The position numbers were made by a program, and so were the translations under genes. Positions 1 through 8,731 of a DNA stretch of 38,324 nt are shown in pieces. Every line of letters starts with the position of its first letter. The first letter of the stretch is position 1. The DNA is from a virus (taxonomy: Duplodnaviria > Caudoviricetes): IMG/VR virus record IMGVR_UViG_3300025621_000024, positions 1 through 38,324 of that record; one strand, given 5' to 3'. The notes beneath the pieces were generated by a model. That model saw only the letters and a program-made list of their open reading frames with translations. It was not told where the DNA came from and ran no database searches.

Positions 1-121
1 CGATCGTGGAGCACGGGGGCCACGATACTGGAGGAAGACCTTTACTGAAGCCGGGAAAGGTTGTCCACAGGATCATCACACGGCCTTCGATGCCCCAAAA
101 CGCCCCTTTTAACGTCCTTCA

Positions 122-370
122 ATGACCACCGAAAACAACGGCATTCTCGCCCTGGTTCCTGGCGCAGCCATAGCCGCCGGATCCCGTAGCCTACCCGCTC
201 CAGCTGCAGGTCGGCCGCCTGAGCTGGAGGCTGAGGTCGATACCGGCGAACGGGGCATGGTGCGCATCCGGTATCGCCTCCAGAGTCAGCGTCATGGCAA
301 GAGCCAGACGTGGTTCTGGACGGCGTTCTATGCTGAGCCGGCCGCGCCTGGCGCCTCAAACACGCCCTGA
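122..370 (+). CDS. Small hypothetical protein (82 aa), convergent with the methyltransferase
   Basis: ATG start, protein-like composition (NGILA..., VRIRYRL...WFWTA); only plausible ORF on + at this end. Confidence 0.65.
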   Translation: MTTENNGILALVPGAAIAAGSRSLPAPAAGRPPELEAEVDTGERGMVRIRYRLQSQRHGKSQTWFWTAFYAEPAAPGASNTP

Positions 371-461
371 GGCTCTCCCAAGGTCGCCCTCCAGATCGGC
401 CCACACGCCGCGATCGACATCGAGCCAAGGCCCGGGCACCGGCAACACCTCCCAGAGCGTT

Positions 462-1238
462 CTAGGCCCGGAAATTCGTGATCAGCAGCTCGCCCACCTC
501 TTGGTTCTCCTTGGCGCTGATGCTGTACCGCGTGCTCACCTTGGCTTGGTGGAAGTTCGCGAAGGTCTCCCGGATCGCCGGCACGTCGTTGATGCTCAGG
601 ATGAACTGCCCCTTGATCCCCTCCAACTGAGTCGCCAGGCGCTGGAAGTCGTCGCGGCCGAAGATGCCGGCGCCGTAGTCCTTCTCCCCGCCCCAATATG
701 GGGGGTCGATGTAGAAAAGGGTGCGCGGCTTGTCGAATCGGGCGATCACCTGATCGAACGGCTTGCACTCGACGAAGACCCGGGCGAGCCGCAGATGCGC
801 CTCGCTCAAGTCCTCCTCGATCCGCAGGAGGTTCAACCGGGGCGGCGCGGTGGCCGCGATGCCGAAGGTCGGCTTGCTCACCTTGGCACCAAACGCCGTC
901 TTGGCCAGGTAGAAGAACCTGGCCGAGCGCTGGATGTCGGTGAGCGTGTCGGCTGGTGTGCGCAAGAAGCGGTCGAACTCCTCACGCGCTACCAGCATCC
1001 AGCGGAACTGCTGCACCAGCTCGGGCAGGTGGTGCTGGACGCACCTGTAGAGCGTGATCAGGTCGCGGTTGATGTCGTTGATGATCTCAACCTTGCTCTC
1101 CGGCTTCTTAAAGAGCACCCACGCGGCGCCTGCGAAAACCTCGCAGTAGGTCGTGTGGTCGGGCATCAGATCGACGATGCGATCAGCGAGCCGGCTTTTT
1201 CCGCCCAGCCAGGCAAGTGGGCTCTTTCTTTCACTCAT
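462..1238 (-). CDS. DNA adenine methyltransferase, D12/Dam family (at the position of Mu mom)
   Basis: Motifs WLGGKSRLA, EVFAGAAWV (SAM binding), INDIN, YIDPPY (catalytic); start MSERKSP at 1238 fits the family N-terminus better than 1307. Confidence 0.93.
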   Translation of the reverse strand: MSERKSPLAWLGGKSRLADRIVDLMPDHTTYCEVFAGAAWVLFKKPESKVEIINDINRDLITLYRCVQHHLPELVQQFRWMLVAREEFDRFLRTPADTLTDIQRSARFFYLAKTAFGAKVSKPTFGIAATAPPRLNLLRIEEDLSEAHLRLARVFVECKPFDQVIARFDKPRTLFYIDPPYWGGEKDYGAGIFGRDDFQRLATQLEGIKGQFILSINDVPAIRETFANFHQAKVSTRYSISAKENQEVGELLITNFRA

Positions 1239-1260
1239 GCGGCATGTTCCATAATCGCCC

Positions 1261-1361
1261 GGCCTGTACAGGTGGCAGGGTCTTAGGTCGATGCCGTGCG
1301 CAATCACGGCGGAGGCGGCTGTCGCGGTGTTAGCGCACCGAGGCAGTCGCCCTGTCTTTTT
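1261..1361 (+). ncRNA. Candidate antisense sRNA opposite the methyltransferase leader
   Basis: -10-like CATAAT 1250-1255; stems GCCGTG/CACGGC (1293-1310) and GGCGGCTGTC..GGTG-TTAGCG-CACC..GGCAGTCGCC (1314-1351); T-run 1357-1361; G-U pairs work only on +. Confidence 0.55.
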
Positions 1362-1850
1362 CTAGGCCTTCTTCATCTGCAGCGCTTCAACCAAGGCCGG
1401 CGAGGTGATGGCGTCCACCAACCCCAGCACACGGCCCTCCAGATCGGCCGGCGAAGGCACCTCGGCAAACTCGACCGGCCAGCCATTTCGGCGCAGGTCA
1501 TCGGCCACCATCTCCGAGCAGATCACTCCGCCGGCATTGCGTGTGCTCTTGCCCACCAGGTGGTATGCCCAGCGAAACCCGAAGAACAGGTAGTCCATGA
1601 CGCCGTAGCGCGCCTCGTCTGTGTCGAGCTGGTGCTCCAGATACTCGGCGGTGACAGGTACCGGCGTGGGCACCAGGATCACCCGCGATTCAGGGTAATG
1701 CGGCCAGAGGCGGCGACGACGGATCAGGTGCATGTCCCACATGCGTGTGCCGTCGGTAAAGGCCACGTGGTAACAGGTTGAGCCGGTGAAGAACTTGGTC
1801 AGCTTGGAGCTGAGCGAGTTGCCGTAGATGAAGGCGATCTGCATCGTCAT
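1362..1850 (-). CDS. Permuted papain-like NlpC/P60 (YiiX/YebB-like) protein
   Basis: His first (CYHVAF), then YGVMDY and Cys motif ICSEMVA, plus PSPADL; permuted catalytic order. Confidence 0.7.
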   Translation of the reverse strand: MTMQIAFIYGNSLSSKLTKFFTGSTCYHVAFTDGTRMWDMHLIRRRRLWPHYPESRVILVPTPVPVTAEYLEHQLDTDEARYGVMDYLFFGFRWAYHLVGKSTRNAGGVICSEMVADDLRRNGWPVEFAEVPSPADLEGRVLGLVDAITSPALVEALQMKKA

Positions 1851-1854
1851 GGGG

Positions 1855-2346
1855 TCACTCTCCAAACACCGGCGGCCAGCCACCGGAATAGTCGTAAGTG
1901 GCAGGGCTGGCGGAGGCCATCATTGCAGCCCGGTGTGTCTCAGCCGCAGCAAAAACAGCGATGTCTGAAGCGGCCGCTGCAGCGAAGATCTGCTGCGCCA
2001 GCGCCGTTGTCATCACCACCTTGGCGCCACCCATCGTTTTCCACTCGACGCCACTGGGAAGCGATGCACCGAGCATCACGAGACCCATCTGCTGGGTGCG
2101 ACTGAAGGTGTCGCTGTGATACCAGTGCGCACCCACCCTGTAGCCGCCACTGAGGGTGCGCGAATCTCGCTCCGCCTTGATCAGCTGCCAGCGCGCGTCT
2201 CGTGCTTCTTCCAAGGTTGGCGCTGGGTTCGTGATTGCGTGCGCTTCCTCGGCGGTGATCGCCACGCAGCCCGCTGGCAGCAAATGGGAAAAGGCGAGCT
2301 CATCCAAAACGTGAACTCGGTTTGAAAGGTCTTTAAAGTAGTTCAT
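1855..2346 (-). CDS. Tail-fibre assembly/chaperone protein (DUF4376-like)
   Basis: Directly downstream of the fibre; WQLIKAERD..GG...WYHSD..SRTQ, WKTM, YDYSGGWP pattern. Confidence 0.8.
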   Translation of the reverse strand: MNYFKDLSNRVHVLDELAFSHLLPAGCVAITAEEAHAITNPAPTLEEARDARWQLIKAERDSRTLSGGYRVGAHWYHSDTFSRTQQMGLVMLGASLPSGVEWKTMGGAKVVMTTALAQQIFAAAAASDIAVFAAAETHRAAMMASASPATYDYSGGWPPVFGE

Positions 2347-2350
2347 GTGT

Positions 2351-3643
2351 TCACCCGAGTTCGGACCAGATGGGGGTGGTGGGAGCACCTGCACTCACAC
2401 CGATGGAATACGAATGCCCAGGAGGGACCACGCCAGACAGCGTGTTCACGGAAGCGCCTGGGCCCATTCCGAACTGCGTAACCGTGACTCCATTGACAAC
2501 CAATGAAAAGACTGCGCTCGATCCGTTTGAGGCCGAGTAGCAGATCCCCCTCGGCCGGGTACCGGTGTTGTAGTAAGTGGTGTTGACACTGCGAACGCCG
2601 GTGCGATCCACCCACTGTTGACCGATGGCCAGAGATTGAAGGGCCGCAAATGCCAGCCCACCAAGGCCCTGAAGAGCGCTTGGTGCCGTCGCCCAATTGC
2701 CTGCTACCGCTTGCGTAGACTCGATGCAGCCCACCACTCGATAGGGCACGTTCGCCCTTGCGTTGGTGGAGTACACGACATCAGGTGAATCGGAAGCAGC
2801 GCTCAATGCGGTTGTGCTGATCAGGCCGGTCTCGGACAGATCCACATTGCCGGCCAAGTTCACCACCGCCAGCTCCATCGCGCCGGCGTTGTCAATTGCC
2901 AGAACCATGATGCGGCTTACCTGGGCAGCCAGCGTGCCGAGGGTAGCGCCAGCTGGAACAACGACTGTCAGCGCCGCTGCCGACGTTCGGGTATTGGGCA
3001 CGCCAACCGACAAGGCTGAAGACCTAAAATCCAGCGATGTTGGGTTGAGGGTTACGGTCATCGCATTGGCCGCTACAGCTGCTGCGATGGACTGGAGTTT
3101 CGAACTCGATGCAGATGCAGCCACCGAGGTCGTTGCCCAAGCTGAATTGCCGTTGCCCTTGATCGTTCTGTAGGCGAACTGGCCCGGGATCGTGAATGAG
3201 TTTGTCCCGTCGATCGTGTCAGCGCCAGCGCGGTTCACCGTGACAACGTTTCCGGTTGAGTCGGTGCGATAGAACGAGAACCCAATGCCCAGCCCCGCCA
3301 CCACGCTGGCGGCGGGCAGCGTCAGCGTCACGTTCCCGCCAGTGGCATCGACCAGCACAGTTCCCGCGTCGTCCACGGTGAGTGCTGAAGCGCCAGCTGT
3401 CACTGTTTTGAGGTTGGCACCAGCGAACCGCTTGATGGCCTTGGTGACCTGATCGAGAGTGCCCGCAGCGGCGACCTGGCCAGATCCTTCAATGACCCGT
3501 AGCAGCTCCTCCTGCACCATGTTGAACCACGCTGCGTTGAGGTCTGTGGGGAGAATGCTGTTGGCGAGGTCGCCGTCTTTGAAGCCGTGTTTTCCGGCCC
3601 CATAGAGGTCGACGGCCTTGGTTGCGGTTGAGATGCGATCCAT
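2351..3643 (-). CDS. Tail fibre protein
   Basis: Mu-type N-terminal anchor (GFKDGD...PTDLNAAWFNMVQEEL), Ala/Thr/Gly-rich body, position after gp48. Confidence 0.9.
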   Translation of the reverse strand: MDRISTATKAVDLYGAGKHGFKDGDLANSILPTDLNAAWFNMVQEELLRVIEGSGQVAAAGTLDQVTKAIKRFAGANLKTVTAGASALTVDDAGTVLVDATGGNVTLTLPAASVVAGLGIGFSFYRTDSTGNVVTVNRAGADTIDGTNSFTIPGQFAYRTIKGNGNSAWATTSVAASASSSKLQSIAAAVAANAMTVTLNPTSLDFRSSALSVGVPNTRTSAAALTVVVPAGATLGTLAAQVSRIMVLAIDNAGAMELAVVNLAGNVDLSETGLISTTALSAASDSPDVVYSTNARANVPYRVVGCIESTQAVAGNWATAPSALQGLGGLAFAALQSLAIGQQWVDRTGVRSVNTTYYNTGTRPRGICYSASNGSSAVFSLVVNGVTVTQFGMGPGASVNTLSGVVPPGHSYSIGVSAGAPTTPIWSELG

Positions 3644-3655
3644 GAGTGAAGCCCT

Positions 3656-4255
3656 TTATTCCGCGTAGGAGAAGATGACGGTGGTGTGAGCTGGCCGACG
3701 CTCCGAGATCGGGCATTCGATCAGCGATGGCGTGAACTCCTGAAGAGCGCTGGTGCAGTCATCGCTGCACGTCATCAAACGCACGTCGGCCGCAGGGTGC
3801 GGGATGTTGACGCGCCAGGTGAAGCGGTCGTCAGCGCCATTGAGTGCGTCGTTGCAGTCATCGTTGCAGTTGAACGGACGGAACTCGCTGATGGTGCAGC
3901 CGGGTTCACCGAGGCGTGCAGCGAGGTCGATGAAGTGCGCACGGGACTGGCCACCGAGTTCGACGAGGCGCTGGCCTGCAATGCGCTGGCGGTCGGAGAG
4001 AGATAGCGCCACGTCCACCAGACAATCATCGGGCAGCCCGAGGAGACGCTCCCAGTCGGGCAGCATGTCCGTGGCGCTCAGGGGATCCGCGGACTGGTTG
4101 CGCAGCTCCACAGCAAGCGACTCGGCGGACGAGAACATCGCCGCCATAGCCTCCAGCAACTTGGTGAAGTTCGCCTCTGGCTCGCGCGTGAACGCGCGCC
4201 CAGGTGGCAGCAACGCCTGCAACGATGCGAGCCAGGCCTGCACGTTCATGCCCAT
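3656..4255 (-). CDS. Baseplate wedge protein, Mu gp48/YmfQ (DUF2313)-like
   Basis: LQALLPPGRAF, LPDWERLLGLPD, RPAHT motifs; synteny. Confidence 0.9.
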   Translation of the reverse strand: MGMNVQAWLASLQALLPPGRAFTREPEANFTKLLEAMAAMFSSAESLAVELRNQSADPLSATDMLPDWERLLGLPDDCLVDVALSLSDRQRIAGQRLVELGGQSRAHFIDLAARLGEPGCTISEFRPFNCNDDCNDALNGADDRFTWRVNIPHPAADVRLMTCSDDCTSALQEFTPSLIECPISERRPAHTTVIFSYAE

Positions 4256-5295
4256 GTGATGACCCCCATCGTGGGAATCTGAGCGACGGTGTGCGCAACG
4301 TCTGCGTTCGGCACCGTGAGCACGTGGTTGGTCTCACCCGCCGCAATGCTGATGGCCTCGCGCAGGTGGCTCAGCAGCAAGGTGCCCCCAGGCTCCCCCT
4401 CCCGGCGGATCAGATCGGCCAGCTCCGCCTCAACGGCCGCCTTCACAGGTGGCGTGTTGGGCGTGAGCTGGATGGTGAAGTTCAGCGGCAGGGCTATGGG
4501 GGCGACCACGAGCACATCTGCGGTCACAGGGCGCAGCAGGTCGATGTAGTCCTGAACAGTGGCCACCTCGCCAGCGTCAGGGATTGGGCTGGCGTCATCG
4601 TCGCGTGTAAAGCGGATCGTCACTGTGCCGGCGCCCAGCTCGCCTGGATACACCCAGGCACGCGTCACGCCTGGTACCTTCAGCGCCCAGGCAATGTAGT
4701 CGTCGATTGATCCACCCTGTGGAGCCTGTCGAATGCGCGCGAGGATGCGTGCGCGCCACGGCTCCACATCTTCGATGTCGGCGCCGCCCGCGAGAGCGGT
4801 GGATGCTGCGGCCGCGCTGTTCACACCCGCGATCGGGCTCACCAGCGAAACGGCTGTGGCCAGCGCGGAGTTTCCCGCTTGGCCAGCGACTTCTGCAGTG
4901 ACCGGCACCAGCGCAGCACCAGCCGCAATGGTGGCGATGGCGTCCGTCAGGTACCTCGTGCCATCGGCGCGCTGCACCACGGTGGTGGCCGGGATGATGG
5001 TGCCGTCTGTACCGGTGAACGAGACGATGCCGGTCGCCGGAGCTGCCGGAACGCGAAACACGCCCCATCGGTTGCCATGCTCAACCAGGAACTCCGCCTC
5101 TGCCTGGTCGGGCCACACTTGGCGGTTGAGGAACTCCACATACTTGTAGAGCGCCGAAAGGCCGCCGGCCACCACGCGATTGATGACACCCACCAGGCTG
5201 CGGCGCACACGCGCCAGCACGCCAGGCAGGCGGCTCTCGATCTCGCTGGCACCTTGATCGATGAGTTGGGGAAGGGTCGGGCGCTCGAAGGGCAT
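4246..5295 (-). CDS. Baseplate J-like protein, Mu gp47
   Basis: MPFERPTL start, GGADIE, PQGGS..DY..WAL.VPGVTRAW, RPVTA. Confidence 0.93.
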   Translation of the reverse strand: MPFERPTLPQLIDQGASEIESRLPGVLARVRRSLVGVINRVVAGGLSALYKYVEFLNRQVWPDQAEAEFLVEHGNRWGVFRVPAAPATGIVSFTGTDGTIIPATTVVQRADGTRYLTDAIATIAAGAALVPVTAEVAGQAGNSALATAVSLVSPIAGVNSAAAASTALAGGADIEDVEPWRARILARIRQAPQGGSIDDYIAWALKVPGVTRAWVYPGELGAGTVTIRFTRDDDASPIPDAGEVATVQDYIDLLRPVTADVLVVAPIALPLNFTIQLTPNTPPVKAAVEAELADLIRREGEPGGTLLLSHLREAISIAAGETNHVLTVPNADVAHTVAQIPTMGVITWA

Positions 5296-5765
5296 CAGTT
5301 CAGCTCCCCGGCCAGGCGCCACACCTGGGTGGTGTCGTTCCACTCGAAGCGGTAGCGGCGCGAACCACCATCAAGCGTCAGCACCACCTGCGCCACCAGC
5401 CAGCCGCGCTGAGGCGCGAACACCGTCAGCTCGATGCCGGTGGCGAAACCGTCCTCGACCACCCACGCCAAAGCCTCACGGACGTAGGCGCGAGCGCGCT
5501 GGAGCGTCTGCTCGGTCTGCTTCTCCCGCTCCAACAGCCACAGGCGGCTGCCAAAACGATCACCGTCCTCAGCAAAGGCGTCGGGCCACCAGCCACGACG
5601 ATCGGCACCAGGTGCCACCTCGCCAGGCTGCGCGGTGCGATCGCACATGAGTGAGAGCACCATCGCCGTGGCCAGCGAGTCCTCGCGCAGGAAGTCGGCC
5701 GTCGCTGGGTCGATCGCGAGATCGAAGGCGTCGAGCTGAGGGCTGTAGGTGAGGGCGAGGTCCAT
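5295..5765 (-). CDS. Baseplate protein, Mu gp46
   Basis: RRGWW.D, GSRLWLLEREK, A..Y..EALAW. Confidence 0.92.
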   Translation of the reverse strand: MDLALTYSPQLDAFDLAIDPATADFLREDSLATAMVLSLMCDRTAQPGEVAPGADRRGWWPDAFAEDGDRFGSRLWLLEREKQTEQTLQRARAYVREALAWVVEDGFATGIELTVFAPQRGWLVAQVVLTLDGGSRRYRFEWNDTTQVWRLAGELN

Positions 5766-5771
5766 TGCGTG

Positions 5772-5813
5772 AGTGTGTTTGTGAGCGCGGGGAATGTCTG
5801 TTAAACGGCTTTA
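5772..5813 (-). promoter_or_regulatory. Late promoter candidate (activator box + -10) upstream of gp46
   Basis: TAAA-N4-TTTA at 5802-5813, 24 nt, -10 CACACT at 5777-5772, ATG 7 nt downstream. Confidence 0.7.
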
Positions 5814-5822
5814 CAACGCCCG

Positions 5823-6359
5823 TCAGACCGGCGTGTCCGAAACCAACGTCGTGGCACCGGTCTCCGGGTGGCGGTGGACGTTGTTGGCGTTTTGAAGAGC
5901 GCTCAACGTGGTGCCTGCGCCGTCGCACCGGTCCTTGATCTCGCCGGTGCAGTCAATGTCCGCCTCCACGCGCAACCTCTCCAGGTTCACGAAGCTCACG
6001 AGTTGCCCGGCGCCGTCGATCACGATGCCGTTGCGGGTGAGATGCACCTTGTGGCCGAGGTCGTCATAGAGCGCCACCTCGCCGGCCGGCAGGGCCTTGA
6101 GGCGAAACCGCCGATCGTCGATGTTGATCACCACCAGGTGGTCGGTGCTCCCGCCCACAGCCAAGCCGATGCCCTCCGCGCCAGGCAACGGCACGCTGGT
6201 AAATCCGTAGTGCTGGAAGTGCTCGGCGTCGTCGCGCACCACGTCGGCGCCGAGCGTCACTTGCACAGCCTGCAGCTTGGCGGCGTCATTGACCGCGCCG
6301 AGCACCGCACGGGCGATGGCCAGGCGCACACGGTTCGCAATGCGTTGCAGGCCGCTCAC
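5823..6359 (-). CDS. Baseplate spike, Mu gp45
   Basis: QHYGFTSVP, GEVALYDD.G, C-terminal HxH (NVHRHPE) iron-binding tip motif. Confidence 0.92.
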   Translation of the reverse strand: MSGLQRIANRVRLAIARAVLGAVNDAAKLQAVQVTLGADVVRDDAEHFQHYGFTSVPLPGAEGIGLAVGGSTDHLVVINIDDRRFRLKALPAGEVALYDDLGHKVHLTRNGIVIDGAGQLVSFVNLERLRVEADIDCTGEIKDRCDGAGTTLSALQNANNVHRHPETGATTLVSDTPV

Positions 6360-7513
6360 CGGTTCGCCTCCTCGGGTGGCGTCAAGTCCCAGCTCGAAGT
6401 GAATCCATCGCCACGCTTCGTCTTGTCCCGGTTCGTGCGGTCTGACAGACGCTTGCCCAGGCGCGGCCGGCTTGCCCCTTCGACTAGCTCGAAGGCCTCT
6501 CGGCGCACGAATGTCAGCTCAGTGGCCAGGCCGGACCCGCTGAGCTGGTAGCTGCAGGCAACGATGAGCATGTCGTCGTCCAGGTTCATGCGGCCGCTGT
6601 CCACCCGCACCAGCGTGTTCGGCTTCCACAGCGGGCCTTCCATGCCGTCCTTGCCAGTGCGCCAGCCCACCACCGTGAGGCGGCCTCGCTTGCCGCGACC
6701 CATGCGCACCTTCACCTCCCAAGCGGCGCGATCGGCCAGGCTGCCGCTGCTCGTGTGGTGTTCGGCCATCACCACCAGCGGCCGGTACCGGTTGATCTCC
6801 GCATCCTTCGCGGTCACCTTGAGCTGTGCTGCTGCCGCGCCTGATTCGTCGTCATCGCCAGGCGTCTGCGCCTTGAGGATCACCAGCGAATGGCGCTCCT
6901 TCCAGGAATGCACTGCCTGGATGCGCTTGATGTTCACCCCCTCGCGCAAGCTCACACCGGTGCTCTCGTCGCTGGCAAGCGTCAACAGCACGTTGCCGGC
7001 CGGCGTGCTGGTGCACAGGATGGCGCGCAGGCGGCATGCACGATCAATGGCGTCGAATGCCCGCTCGCCGTCCTCCAGCGCGAACCGCTTGAACGTCTCC
7101 CCCATGTCCACACCAGGGGCGACCTCAACCTTCAATCCAAACGGCGCGACGATGTCCCGCACGATGCGGTCGAGCTTCACACCACGCCAGGCGCCGGTTT
7201 TGTAGATCGCGGCGCAGTCCACCAGGTCACCGGTCCTGCAACGACCGCTCACACGGATCCCGGTGCTCGCGCTGGTGAGGTCGGGCTCGTAGCTGTCCAC
7301 GTAGCCGGTGAGCACGGTCTCTCCGCCCAGCCGCACCTCGCAGGGCAGGCCCTCGCGCAGGCCCTGTGCCACGTCCGCGCCTGGCCAGCGCGCGGTGAGC
7401 TGAAGCTCGAAGCTGCCCGCGATCTGCTCGATGGACCGCTCCACCGAGATCTCCAGCCACCCGCCGTAGATCCGGCCGTCGACCAGCAACTCACAGGTGT
7501 TGAGGCCGCTCAC
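6356..7513 (-). CDS. Baseplate hub protein, Mu gpP/gp44
   Basis: YGGW..ISVERSIE, GRCRTGDLVDC, WKPNTLV; synteny. Confidence 0.92.
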   Translation of the reverse strand: MSGLNTCELLVDGRIYGGWLEISVERSIEQIAGSFELQLTARWPGADVAQGLREGLPCEVRLGGETVLTGYVDSYEPDLTSASTGIRVSGRCRTGDLVDCAAIYKTGAWRGVKLDRIVRDIVAPFGLKVEVAPGVDMGETFKRFALEDGERAFDAIDRACRLRAILCTSTPAGNVLLTLASDESTGVSLREGVNIKRIQAVHSWKERHSLVILKAQTPGDDDESGAAAAQLKVTAKDAEINRYRPLVVMAEHHTSSGSLADRAAWEVKVRMGRGKRGRLTVVGWRTGKDGMEGPLWKPNTLVRVDSGRMNLDDDMLIVACSYQLSGSGLATELTFVRREAFELVEGASRPRLGKRLSDRTNRDKTKRGDGFTSSWDLTPPEEANR

Positions 7514-8730
7514 TGCAACACCTCCAGGGCGACCGCCGGCACGAAGCCCGGGTGGCGGATGCCGTTGCGCAGCACCAGCTCATCGGTACGGCCGGCATCT
7601 TGGTACACCTGGTGGGCAATCACCAGGGCGGGGAGCACAGTCGCAGGCGTGAACGTTGAGGCTCGGCGCAGCAGCTCGGCGCGCTCCGCCACGTCACGGG
7701 TGACTGCGGCGCGCAGGCGCACCAGACCCGCAGCCACTTCGGCCGGTGGGTCGTTTTCCTCCAGCTCGATGTCGAGTTGCTCCAGCAGACGGTTGCGCTG
7801 CTCCAGCGCGCGGGCGACAGTGCCGATTCCGGATTCGTTGGCCTGCAGCGCTACCGCCAGGGCGCGAGCCTGGTTGGTCAGAGCCAGGCGTCGCTGCAGA
7901 TCCGCCCGCGCCGATTCGTTGGCCAGAAGCCTGGCGCGAGTCGATCCCGGTCGGGCTGCGGCCACGAGCGAGGCGCTCGGCCGCGCGTTGCGCTGGAACA
8001 CCCCGCCGAAATCGGCGAAGGCGCCAAGAGGCCGCAGCACGGCCTGAATGAGCTGGCTGTAAACGCCCCGGACGTTGGCCACCATCGTGAGCGGCGAGCG
8101 CAACAAGGCATTGAGGTCCGAAGAGATGCCGCCTACGCTTCCCACCAGCGCCACTGCGGCGCTCACGTCGGTGACCCGGCGCGCGGTGGCCAGCAGCTCA
8201 TCCATGTCGCGTTGAACGGCCTTCAAAGACTGCTCGGCGATGGCGTTGAGGCCTTCCACGTCCAGGCCGCTGGCGAAGTCAGCCGCAGCCGCGTCCTCCA
8301 CCGTGTTGCTTGCCGCATCCACCTCGGCTACGGTGTCCTGGGTGGTTTTCGGGAAGGTGTTCTGACCCGACTCGATGAAGCTGATCGAGAAGCGTGCCAC
8401 GCCACCCTCGCGGGCGGTTTCCTTCACGCTCACATAGTCCTGCACCGCCACCTGCAGGGTGCCCCAGCGCGGGTGCACCAGCTCGCCCGCGCCAAGCTGC
8501 TCAATGGCCTCCATGAGCGCATCACGGCGCGCCATGTAGTCATCGCCGATCACATAGGCCTCGACGACGAACACGCGCGCACGCCGACCGAGATCTTCAA
8601 CGTAGGGCAGATCACGCTGCGGATACTCGTGCGGTACCGAACGGCGCCCCACCCGCGCCTCGGCGTCCACCGTGGCGAAGGGCACGCCACGGAAGCTGGC
8701 GCCGGTCTTGAGCTGTTCGCGCCAGGTCAT
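7510..8730 (-). CDS. DNA circularisation protein, Mu gpN
   Basis: ASFRGVPF, HEYPQRD..YVEDLGR, GELVHP, C-terminal PALVIA..NGIRHPGFVP. Confidence 0.93.
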   Translation of the reverse strand: MTWREQLKTGASFRGVPFATVDAEARVGRRSVPHEYPQRDLPYVEDLGRRARVFVVEAYVIGDDYMARRDALMEAIEQLGAGELVHPRWGTLQVAVQDYVSVKETAREGGVARFSISFIESGQNTFPKTTQDTVAEVDAASNTVEDAAAADFASGLDVEGLNAIAEQSLKAVQRDMDELLATARRVTDVSAAVALVGSVGGISSDLNALLRSPLTMVANVRGVYSQLIQAVLRPLGAFADFGGVFQRNARPSASLVAAARPGSTRARLLANESARADLQRRLALTNQARALAVALQANESGIGTVARALEQRNRLLEQLDIELEENDPPAEVAAGLVRLRAAVTRDVAERAELLRRASTFTPATVLPALVIAHQVYQDAGRTDELVLRNGIRHPGFVPAVALEVLQ

Positions 8731-8731
8731 G

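Noticed and set aside
1239-1361. Com zinc-finger translational activator
   Set aside because: No CxxC...CxxC ORF in this interval
1362-3643. Invertible G segment or diversity-generating retroelement at the tail fibre
   Set aside because: No invertase, reverse transcriptase, second fibre cassette or TR/VR repeat pair seen
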